This document shows, piece after piece, positions 1 through 28,198 of a DNA stretch of 64,000 nt (positions are counted from its first letter, which is position 1; each line of letters opens with the position of its first letter). A program made the translations under genes and the position numbers. Source of the stretch: Tubiluchus corallicola (Eukaryota; Animalia; Priapulida); the NCBI GenBank assembly GCA_030141605.1, contig JAQGDQ010000228.1:1-64000 (forward strand). The letters are read 5' to 3'. The notes beneath the pieces were generated by a model that saw nothing but the letters and a program-made list of their open reading frames with translations, was not told the origin of the DNA and made no database searches.

Positions 1-685
1 GAAAAGTCTTTTTGGCATTTTAGCATGGGCTAAAAAACTAATGCAACAGCATCTGCTAATTAACATTCAAACAGGTGAAGATAAAACCAAAACAGGAGGT
101 AAAACACAGGTAACACATTGTGGCACAAGAACATATCTCAGACCTGCATCACATTTAATTTATTGGAACTAACATCAATTAGCACAAAATAAGTTTACAA
201 TATCGGCTAACCAAGCATTCCTAACAAATCACTAAAAAGCATTCACGTTGCAGCCATACACTAACTCTAAACTACAACGATTCACGGCGAGAACTATAAC
301 TGTTCTAAGGTAAACATAATTTTGAAATTTACTCATTATTTCCTAATGTAATGAATGTTTCTTGAATGTCAATACAACTATGTGAGAATTAATGCCCTGC
401 CACATCTAAAGTGCTCATAACAAGGAAGGTCTCAAAATGTCATAATCAATAAAAGACATAATAAAAAACTTTTAAATAAAAAATATCATTCAGTCCACAA
501 GAGATTGCAAGAATTTTTTACATTACGTAGGAAAGGGTATTGGCCATACACATGTACTCTGGAAAACAAAATTTCTGGAGTAAAACTATTGAGAATTTTT
601 GGAAATTTTTACAATTACAATTATATTAATTTCAGCGCACAAACAATTTAACGTGGAAATGAAAATATACTTAACCAAGTAATAC

Positions 686-17835
<17,150 letters not shown>

Positions 17836-19889
17836 TCTGAGACGGTCTTTCACCACTCCTCTGTCTTGACTTCCTTTACCACACTTAGCGTCCAAGCACT
17901 TGGCCCTGAAAGTTTTCTTTTCGCTCTCCTATTGAGTAGTAGGTTTGAAGAAGAATTAAAATCTGAAAATATTAAAATTGACAATAGGTGAAGATTTTAT
18001 TAATGATTAAATAGCTGAAAAGAAACGACTTATTTTGTTCATTCATTTGCGTGCTTTTTCTACGCTCACTTGTACAGTGGTTTCAGTGCATGGCCACTCA
18101 AGTGTTGAATTGTCTACTCACTTATCCACCGTTTTGTTCGTTCATTATACACTACACGTACAAAACACCCAATACGACGCAAATTCCCCAAAGCAATGAT
18201 TAAAAAAATTTCATAAAGTTGTTGAAATTGTAATACCTAAATAGATTAGCATATAGGCCTAAATATAACTGCTCCCATTATATAACTGCTCACAATATAA
18301 CCGCATAATAATTCTCTATGCATTTCTACAAGAAACAAAATAAAAGATTATCTTATTAATCCCCTTATTAAGTGTTCGTCAGACCTTCGTTGATTCCTTA
18401 GACTATATAATATTCACTGTATTATCAGCATTAAATTACGCTGTGAAAGCTATCGTCCTTATTTAACTATGTACATGACTCACCCACTTCACATTCCAAC
18501 AGGTTCAGGCTACTTTATAACAATTTTATTGCAACATGAACTCACCTATCAGGTAATGAAATGAAGTTCAAAATACAGTAAAGAAGTTTGTGGTATATCA
18601 CAAATAAAACATTTTGTTACTGTTCCATACTGGACAGAAAAATCTTCACTTTCTTGCTGCGCTCTTAATGAATGAATGACGTAAGGATAAGAAAAACATG
18701 GCCGTCGCCCATGAGATCAATACCTGCGTCCGCAAATGACAGCAATGTTAAAATGTTTAGGAGCGGGGGTGAAATATTCACAGGCCTACTACAACTAAGT
18801 AAAATGTCCGACTTCTATGTGAACTAATGCAGAACTAATTTAGCAGAATATGCAATAAACCATCTTAGCTTTTTGAAAAAAAAATCAATAATTTGCATAA
18901 AAGGATTGCGGTAGTTAATTAGACCCTGTGATTGAAGCCACCCTCATGCATTGTAAATGTAAGGAAGCCCACGCATGACGCCGAGTGTGCAGTCAATACT
19001 GAAGCTGGTATGTGAACGGTGTCCAGAACACTATTGATTTAGCTAATCATGTGATCCATGGCTTCTACACATTTTCCCATTTTTCTGGGATGCAGGAATT
19101 CTTAAAGCATGATCACCTGGATAAAAATTAGACTTGGCCAAGAATGAATAAATATAGGATGAGAATGTTCACTTTGTAAAATTTGGTGTTTATTCATAAA
19201 ATATTCACACTAATTTCAGGACATTTCGACTCAATTACGTTGTTTTGTTAGTTGCGGTGTATCTGAAAATTAAACTGATGACAAATTTTGCAGAACTATA
19301 ACTCATTCTGTATATAAACCTTGTATTTTAGATGTTACATAGTTGAGGAGCATTGCTTGTAGAAACTCATTGTGTACTGACATATTAACTTTAATTTCAG
19401 TTTTTTACATAGCTGAGGAAGACTCATGTTCAAATTGAAAATTCAGACGTTCTAAATTTAGTGTGCGCGAGTGATGACTTTCCCCATTAAAAGTAATTAA
19501 AATTTATTTTTGGGTTACTTGCATGTGAAGTAACTTTATAAAGCCGTCTATTTTGTCGTGATGTTGTCCTTATTCTCGAAGATCGTGTAGTAAGTTTTTA
19601 GCGAGTTTTTTATATTATGACGCGACAATAGATTTACAACATATTGAAATTTTTTTGCAATAAAACGATTTTCACTTCAGCGTTGAACGCGGGCGTTCTA
19701 AATGAAATATCATGAAGAATCGGATTGTCTGACAACAGTAAAATGTTCTAAATGACATGTCCACGTTATAGGGCTGAATAAACCCAATGAGCGACTACTA
19801 AACGTTTTGCACTCCGGGCTAGTTTGTAATGAAACAAATAAGCTGAGGCTTTTTTCAAAGCGCCAGTATCAAAATTTGAACTAAACATG

Positions 19890-20250
19890 CAGGGCCGAAT
19901 TATTGTATATGCTAGTACAGGCTGCAGCCTAGAGCCCCTCAAGCTTGTGGGGCCTCAGGCTTTGTTAACATTTGGTAAAAATCTGTGGTTGTGTTGAAAT
20001 ATGTACTAATTTGGTTTCCAATAAATAGTAAAATAGTGGTATTTCGTAAAGTAAGTTTTTATTGACAAACAAAACACAGCTATTCTAGTTTACTTAAAGA
20101 ATTTATAATGAATTTGCTTCAAGCCATGTAAATGTCGCTAAAATATAGATTAAAAGTATTCAAGACGGATGGGATGTGGGAGAGTTGGAGTAGGGCCCCG
20201 TCTGAGAGGCCTCCATAATTTCATTAGCCTAGGGGTTCCAAAAGATCATA
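19890..20250. mobile_element. hAT-like MITE remnant (CAGGGCCG start, right end eroded)
   Basis: Begins CAGGGCCGAATT and has GGGCCCC/GCCTAG subterminal motifs like the 11314 element; no intact right TIR. Confidence 0.4.
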
Positions 20251-20299
20251 ATAATCATAACTATACGTCACTGCATCAAATATACTAATTAAGATTTTG

Positions 20300-20950
20300 T
20301 CATAGTATAACTCCTAAGTCTTGCAAGTCAGGGTCACCAAACTCGCAGGGTTAATAGCCCTGGGCGGGGGACGTACAACAATATAGCAACCGCTAACCAT
20401 TGGTCAAGGGGGAAGGGCAAAGTTACTATGTACACAAGTGACCGGAGTTGCCGTGCTAAATGTCACCGAGCTCATTCATTTTTCTTTATGATCTATCTGC
20501 TCCCATGGTTTTTGAGTTAGGGCCACAGTATTTGGTATGTGGCTAGGTGGTGTCGTGGCCTTGCACTTCGCAAAATATAGGACGCTCGCGTGTAACAAAA
20601 TTTTCCGCTAGGTGGCAAAAATCGAAAAATGGGGGTCGGGAACAGAAATGCATCGCGTGTTTACGAATAGTACCGTGTAGCATATCAAATAAAAAGCCTT
20701 GATGAGGCCAATCGAACGGTATAGGTTACAATGTGAATCGTTAACCTGTGACCCAGTTAGGGTGCAAAATAGGGGTCGCGGAGAGAAATGCCTTCCAAGG
20801 TCTATCAAAAGTAGGTTGTTGCGTATCAAATGAAAGGTCTCAACGAGACAAACTGAATGATACAAGTTACGCGGAAATTGTTGACCTTTGACCCGTGGGT
20901 GATGGGCTGAACAGTTAAATGCTGAGGTTTTACTGTGAAATGCACTTTCC
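20300..20950. repeat. Interspersed repeat remnant with an internal ~141-bp direct repeat
   Basis: GC-richer block. 20680 gcatatcaaataaaaagccttgatgag...ttaacctgtgaccc recurs at 20821 as gcgtatcaaatgaaaggtctcaacgag...ttgacctttgaccc, resembling non-autonomous DNA/rolling-circle elements of invertebrates. Confidence 0.5.
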
Positions 20951-21270
20951 GTGTATTCAAGCAATTCAATAAAAGAAAATAAGCATTTTCAAAAAAGCGC
21001 TCATCTCTTCATTTTTAAGGCTGAAATTTACAGCTATTGTTTGCAAAAATCTTCAGTTTCTGACTATGTCAGAAACATTGTCAACTAGTTTGTTATTATT
21101 ACTTATTGCGTGTTAAATATTATTATTAAAATAATTTAATGAACTTATTAAATGTTTATATCAATAATTTTTTACTGGCCTTCACACAGAGCAGCTGATC
21201 GGAAATGGGACACACTCTAGCTTTCTAGACCTTATTAAAGAAAATCAAACTAAACAGGATATCCTGTTTG

Positions 21271-21308
21271 TATAAAAAATTAAAGATCACGTCAGTAGGC
21301 TCACAGTT
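21271..21308 (+). promoter_or_regulatory. TATA box and initiator-like element of the cathepsin gene
   Basis: TATAAAA at 21271-21277; Inr-like TCAGT (21292) and CAGTT (21304) about 20-33 nt downstream; ATG at 21352. Confidence 0.5.
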
Positions 21309-21351
21309 TGTTTCATCAGAATTTTAGTTGCTGTTTTTATTTGCTTTAAAC

Positions 21352-24300
21352 ATGGCTCGTTTTACAGTGTTAATTTTGTTAGCTGTGCTTATTCTAAGAG
21401 GTCACTTTGTTGCAACAAAAGAAAAAAAGAAATTAGGCGTAGCAAAACCCAGAAAAAGTGTTGAGAAAAGCGAAATGAGACTTAGCGCTAACGTAGATGA
21501 TAATAGACCTGTACGAAGCGAAATGAGACTTAGCGCTAATGTAAATAACAATAGGGCTGTACTGATTGACGAACCGCGTGTACAAGGGCAGAACGACGCT
21601 GGAACTAGGGCTAACCAGAGGTCTAGAACAATAAAGGTGAAAAATATCAGACGATTTAAGAACGTAAAAAGGCAGAAGCGGCATCGAAGGTATCCTGTCG
21701 TGCACGATATTCCAGATTTCAATGATTACAAAATAAAATTTCGTAAGTACATTTTAAATTCATGTGCATTTTTACTCGCGTCATTATGATGCTTTATGTA
21801 ATTTTTCTGATACTTAAACAAAAAAGAGAAACCGACATGACGATCACTGGTCTTTTGCAATCCTATAATTGGTTGGCCCTTCTGTACCGTTTTTCATGCT
21901 ACTTTTCCCTATCATCACTTATGTTACAAAATTACTATAGTACAAATACTGTAATTGTATTATTACTTGTAAGGTGTTATTTGCTATTTATTTTCTGTTA
22001 TATGCTATTCATGTTTTCGTTTTGCTGCTTGCGTGAGTTTTAACGCAAGAAAAAAATGAAAATGTCTGCTATGTCTAACAAACTGAGTGTAAAACCTTAA
22101 TTATTATAATTATTTTCGTTTACTACAGATCATCTCGTCAGTATAATGTACTTCCTGTGCAATATTCCAGCTCTAGCATTTTAGCTAGATCTAGAAGTGC
22201 TAAATTTTCTTCAAATATTTTTATTTTACAAGTAGTTAAATGAAGATGCGCAACATTTCTTACGATTTTAACATTGTAATCATAGAAGAGATATGAATAA
22301 GGGGAGGCTGCGTAGAACATGGCAGGGCAGTCTATCTCGCGCAACAGTGCTTCCTTGGACAAATTAGCATAGAACAAGGCATAACAGGCTAGTTTGCAAT
22401 AGACAAAACAAAGAGAAGAGTGAAATATCATAATAGGAAAGGTGGAGAAGACATATGAAACAAGCAGAAAATTGGGAAAAAATAAATGGGAATAAAAAGA
22501 GTCAGTAAACAATATGTAAAACAACGTCAAGCAAATGATTGAAAACGAAGAGCAACGGTAAATTTGGGAGTGTGAGGTTACTTTGCTAAATGATAGCAAA
22601 GGTGATGCACGTAAAAACAAAAAGGGAAAGAACACGGAAAGGAAAAATGACTAAGAAAAAAGAGTTTGGGTAAAACGCAAGAATACAACATTAGGCACTT
22701 GTTCGATTGCGTGACAGTCGTATAATCCTGTGGAACTCAGTGAAAGTTTAATTTCGTGAAATTTAACTAAAAGTGAAAGTTAAAAACAGAAAACGTCGAT
22801 CATCCAGGTGCGCGACATTCATACAATTAATGATTTTACAGGTAGAAAATATCGAGATAGTGAAGACACTATACGGCGTCATAAGAAATATCAGAAAAAT
22901 GCTGACAGAGTTAAAAAACACAATGAAAAGTTTAAGATGGGTAGTTCCCATTTTACAATGAAGATCAACGAGTTCGCCGACATGGTAAATTTTGTAAACA
23001 AATTTTCATTTTACACCAAAAGTGTGGAGATTTTAAAAGATAATTACATGTGTTTAAATATTCTTAGCCAAGTGTTGTTCACGTATTAGCCTTTCGCAAT
23101 AGAAGTAACAACTTTTTTTATTATTATAATTCTTTATATATAAGTAGCAACTGTAGATGCACAGAGGTGTGCTGACAATGATTAAGGATCTATTAGGTAT
23201 TCACATTTTTCATTTAGGAAGTTGATGAAATAATCGAGACGATGACAGGGTTTGGTGTAGTAACTATTGAAGTACAAGAGCAGTTAGAATTGTCCAAGTC
23301 ACAAAATGAACGCTCAGACTGTGTTTTAAACTCGAGCAATGAAACTGCATCACAACCAACAGCTACTTCTAACAATACCGACGGTAACTATTCTGATGCA
23401 GGAATTCCTCAAAACAGAACGGCCATGCCGTCATATTGTTCTCTAGTGACCACCAGAGGAAGCAACACGGACGACGAGTCAACTACAGTAGAATCAACTT
23501 TTGGTGCTGTTGGTAATGGTGATGGTGTTGTTAATAATGACAGTAATAACAGTAATGCACTCCTTCGCGAAAAGAGAAAGGCGAAGAAAACGAAACCAGG
23601 AAAAACGAAACCAGGAAAAACGAAAAAGAAGAAAGGAAAAGGCAAGCCTGCAACGATTGGAACTATACCGACTACTAAAATGTCTACTTCGCAAGCGTCT
23701 ACAGCTGTAAGAACAGAAGAAAAAGTTTCGGATTTCAAAGTCACATCATCTTTCCAAACCGCTGATAACGATCTAATCAGGAATGTCGAGATGACAGATG
23801 ATCACAATAACACTGTATATAATGACTCAGGCTGGGACTGGCGCGACACTGGTTGCTTACATCCAGTTAGAAACCAGGGTCAGTGCAATTCCTGTTGGGC
23901 ATTTTCAGCTGTAAGTCAGTTTTTTATCATTTATATTTTAAAAGTTTGAGGTTATTCTGCTATACTGCCAACTGGCACCATGCATTTTAAAACCTTATTC
24001 GGAATTTGATATTGTTAGAATATGTATAGTTTAGAAATTGCAGGTAAATTCCAACTGCCCACGTATTAATGATTTATGATTTACCAATTCAAACAGCTTC
24101 AAGTTATGCTGGCTACCACCTTCACATTGTGAAATAATAAAAAGATCTCTGGTAACTTGGTGGGGCGGCTTCTGGTTTTTTCACTATTTTGTCGAACTTC
24201 AAGGTCAGGATTGGAAGCACTTAGATGTCAGTTTGATAGCGAAGACCAAAGACTTATCTATTAGAAATCGCCGAGCATACAAAGCAAATGAGAAATGAAC

Positions 24301-26818
24301 TTGATTCTCTGACAATTTGATTCTTCGAAAATGTGATGTATAATCACTAATGAATATGTAAACTTTCACTAATTTTACCGCATCACCATTATCTAACACC
24401 AATTTGTTGGTAGTTTGTTTTTAGCTTATGAGTAGTTAATTTTTTAAAAAGATTTGATACTTTAAAGTGACAACAAGCAGGTTGGTTTACTTTTTAGGTC
24501 GCTGCTTTGGAATGTCAGTGGTTTTTAGAAACAGGTGAACTGATTGATGGCAGTGAGCAGCAGCTAGTTACCTGTATCTCTGGAGAGGCTGGATGTTCTG
24601 CATTAGGATTTATGCATGTTGCATATGACTATATGAAGAAGAATGGTTTAGCATCTGAAACTACATATCCTTATATGCAAGATGTAAGCCATAATTTAGT
24701 TAAGGGTGGGACAAACTTCAATTTATTAAATTTCTTATTTCTTAACCGAGTTTGATTCTACACTAAGCCTGGGGACTGTTTCACAAAGCTGTCACTAAGC
24801 TAATGACGTCGTTTTTACATTCATTTAACTATTAATAACGGCGTAGTTAAGTTAGTAAAGGCTTTGTAAAACTGGGCCCAGGATTCGAACCAGGGGTCTT
24901 TGAATTACTATTGTACTATTCCAAATCAGTCAAAAACGTTTTTTTGTGTGTCTGTGTTTCACTGCCTATTGGTAGTTGTTATTTCGGTGACTTATTTATC
25001 GCTCTCCAAATATTATCTCGTGTTATGTCAAGGTAATTGTTGACTGCATTACAAAAATGAAAAAGAAAAAACAAGCAAATGCGGACATCAGAGTGAAAAA
25101 ATGGAAACTAGTGCGCAGAGGAGATGAAGAAGAGTTGCGGGAAGCTGTTGAGACTTATGGTCCGGTGACTGTTGCTATAGCAATGAGCCCAGAAATGGCT
25201 TATTATAGCGAAGGTAAAATTCCATCTTTATATATTTTTTCAGCTGATGTTCAGAAGTAGCGGAAATTTGTTTAAAGCAATTATTTTCACCCTCGCCAAA
25301 TTAAGTTTTAGTTTGGTGAAACTGATGGGAATAAACGCCATTTTTAATTTTATTGCCGCAGTAATTTTAAATTATTTATGCCAACATTAATGTACTCTAA
25401 TAAAAGAAGCATTATAATCAACCGTATTTTAATTCGATTTGGCGTTTCAAACTGACAGATTCCATGACAACGCATAGTCGTGTAATACTCTCTAATGATC
25501 ACTAATACGTAAACATTCCACATACTGCGAATATACTGTTGCCACGATTGACTCGCACTAATTATATCCATGGGACTTTGCTAGCATCTTTGAAATCGAC
25601 GTTTCAGTTGACAGAGTCACTGGGTATCCATGATAATCTAAGCTTCACCGTTTCTGTTTCTAATAAATGCTATAGGATACACGTCACATGCTCTCGACAT
25701 TTTACATTCTGTTAATGCACAATTACTATAAGAATAGTTTTATTCTTTTATCTATCCCGTTTATATTCAAAGGAGTATTCGATGCTTGCGAACAGCATGC
25801 TGTTATGCAACATGCAGTAGTTGTGATTGGCTACGGAGTAGACGAGGCAACTGGGCTTCCTTATTGGACAATTCGAAACAGGTATAAACTAATTATAAGT
25901 ATAGAGTTATATGTAAGTCATACATTGGTCGGTTGGCAGGTGGGGTGGTATGCTCATCTTTTTATTTTCAATATCAGTAAGTCGGTCGATTGTCTAGTCA
26001 GTTAGCCAATAAGTAGGTTGGTCCGTCTGTTACCCAGTCAGCCATCCAACCAGCCAATCAGTCACTCAGCTAGTTGGTGAGTCAACCAGACAGATGCTAA
26101 CTAGCCAGTCAGTCTTTAAAATGAGACACTTGATGGGACAGCATAGTAGCCTAGAAATAGTTTCCATGTTTGTCAGCAATTAATTCATTCACCAGGCCTT
26201 GGCACTGCTTAACTTTCGTCGCTAAGAACACATCCTGTGACAACTTTGTTATTCTGCCCGCTCGATAATATGCAATGAAAATTTTGACAAAAATAAGTAT
26301 TATAAACGAAGTTTATAAACCAAACCAGTCAACCAACCAGCCAATCAACCAAAACCAAAGCCAACAAACCAGCTAGCTAACCAACCAATCAACCAACTTA
26401 CCAACCGACCAACCAAGCAGCCAAGTAACTTATCTACCTACTACCACTCAACAATTCCTACAGACAGCTTCCCTTTCTCATTCACCTTATTCACTGGCTT
26501 GCTGTTTTATTTGCCTTGTTCTTACTTGACATTTAATCAGCTAATTACTACCCAGTGACCAACCAAACCAACTAACAAGCAAACAACAACGAAGAAAAAC
26601 AGCCAAACTACTGTTCCGTCAGTGAGTCAGTGAGTGAGGAAGCAAATAGCAGTCTAATTATTTTGTGCTGTCATAAAAATCATAAACACTAATGACTTAT
26701 TTTTGCTTTTGCTTTTTTTAGCTGGGGAACCGGATGGGGTGATGACGGGCATATACGAATTTTACGAGGGAAAAACATGTGTGCCATCGGTGAATACGCT
26801 GTCTATCCTGTAGTTTGA
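21352..26818 (+). CDS. Papain-family (C1A) cathepsin L-like cysteine protease with a greatly extended prodomain
   Basis: Exons 21352-21742, 22842-22984, 23218-23910, 24498-24683, 25033-25213, 25773-25881, 26722-26818 (1800 nt, 599 aa). Signal peptide [17 protein letters not shown]; I29 inhibitor domain ([12 protein letters not shown]...[12 protein letters not shown]...KINEFADM); mature domain WDWR...[12 protein letters not shown] (catalytic Cys), [28 protein letters not shown] (His), YWTIRNSWGTGWG (Asn), ending YPVV*. Confidence 0.93.
24768..24882. mobile_element. Small palindromic PIF/Harbinger-like MITE next to a tRNA-derived SINE-like B-box
   Basis: CCTGGGGACTGTTTCACAAAGC ... GCTTTGTAAAACTGGGCCCAGG inverted termini with CWG flanks and a near-palindromic interior. 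The adjacent ggattcgaacc is the reverse complement of GGTTCGAATCC. Confidence 0.65.
25925..26640. repeat. Degenerate tetranucleotide microsatellite (GGTT / AACC-CAGC / GTGA) in the last cathepsin intron
   Basis: Runs such as ggtcggttggcaggtggg, cagccatccaaccagccaatcagtc and aaccaaccagccaatcaacc. Confidence 0.7.
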
Positions 26819-26875
26819 AACCCACTGCATGCAACTGCACTCTGGTGGCCTTTTATCTTTCTTTGAAGATCGTGC

Positions 26876-26881
26876 AATAAA
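26876..26881 (+). terminator. Polyadenylation signal of the cathepsin gene
   Basis: AATAAA about 58 nt after the stop codon, with a second AATAAA near 26895. Confidence 0.6.
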
Positions 26882-27012
26882 ATTAATTTAGATTAATAAA
26901 TTTATATATTTATAATTGATTGATCAGTTTATATAATAGCAGTTAATGTGTTTGATTAAATTGGCTGAAGTATATCGCTGGAAATGAATTTTAATAGACT
27001 AATAAAAGTTCT

Positions 27013-27605
27013 TTAAGAGGGAGTCAGTGTTCATGTCCTAAATTTCACAATAAACTGTTATGGTCATATTTACCACTACTATTGCTGTCGAAGTATAGGG
27101 GTTAAGCATAACAGCTTATGGACCGCTCCACTCTTCCTTGTTTACTTTATTAAAAATAATGAAAATAAAGAAAATAAGTGGCCACACTGCGATCATGAAG
27201 TGTGTGACAAGACTTCCAATTGCCACTGTGGCAAAGTGGGGGGGGGGGGTCTATTTATTTTTCTGTTTTGCATTTCCAGTGTTTATCGAGACGAATCTTG
27301 AACTGTGCAGTTCAATTTAAGATTTGACAAGAACAATTTTACGCAAAATCCTACAATTCTGTTTATGAAGACTTAATTATTGTAAACGATGACGTTCAAG
27401 AACATGCTAGTTCTTTATATTTTAGACTATATGTTATAGTGATCTGAAAATGAGACCTAGCGTGTTCTTTAATCGTCATCGTTTTCATAAAAAGTCTTCA
27501 TAAATAGTATTGTAGGATTTTGCGCAAAATTGATTTTGTCAAATCTTAGATTGGGCCATAACAGTTTATTGTGAAATTTGAGACATAAACGCTGACTCTC
27601 GTAAA
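27013..27605. mobile_element. Foldback (long inverted-repeat) element, left arm interrupted
   Basis: 27316-27410 is the reverse complement of 27457-27550 (aagatttgacaa...aatcctacaat...tatgaagactt). 27018-27062 (ggagtcagtgttcatgtcctaaatttcacaataaactgttatg) matches the reverse complement of 27557-27600. Confidence 0.75.
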
Positions 27606-28023
27606 GGTCTTTTTCGTATTTCAGACGGTTTTTAATCAATGTTTTGTACATATTCGAATAAAATGGAAATATAGACCTACTCGCATAAAATGTGCTGTTT
27701 TAAGCAGTAAAACTACATTTACTTAAAACAGGAACATTTTTGCTAGACCAGCTAGCATCACTAACGTTAAGACCTAAAACCAAATACTGATTGAACAAAA
27801 TTTCTACCTGTATAGAATTCCTGCTGTAATGATGTGAAACTGTTTTGTTTATAGTATTTAGCAAATACAGTTAACGTAAAAGTGCTATAGTTTATCTATA
27901 GTGATTGACAGATCTGAGATCTTACTTTACAAATTAACACAATTTATTCTACAGTGAAAAACAGTCTCATGTTTTGCAAAATGCGGCTTGTTTTAATATT
28001 TTAGGTTAACACCGTTAAAGGTA

Positions 28024-28198
28024 CCTACCTACCTATCTATCTATCCATCCATCCATTCATCCATCCATCCATCCATCCATCCTTCCATCCATCCTTCCAT
28101 CCATCCATCCATCCATCCATCCATCCATCCATCCATCCATCCATCCATCCATCCATCCATCCATCCATCCATCCATCCGTTCATCTATCTATCTAACT
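28024..28198. repeat. (CCAT)n microsatellite with (CCTA)/(CTAT) flanks
   Basis: About 33 near-perfect ccat units, seen directly. Confidence 0.97.

Noticed and set aside
212-304. Further KIF1A micro-exons (266-304, 39 nt; 212-220, 9 nt)
   Set aside because: They are frame-preserving with gttag donors, but the downstream constitutive exon lies outside the window and there is no homology support.
22138-22635. 165-aa minus-strand ORF in cathepsin intron 1
   Set aside because: It is the F/L/S-rich mirror of a purine-rich plus strand, with no recognisable domain or splice structure.
21402-23744. Antisense and alternate-frame ORFs over the cathepsin exons (likewise over the 30622 exon and the RTE)
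   Set aside because: They are shadows of real coding sequence.
21352-26818. Silicatein or catalytically dead cathepsin
   Set aside because: The catalytic Cys (SCWAF), His and Asn are all retained, and there is no Ser substitution or Ser cluster.
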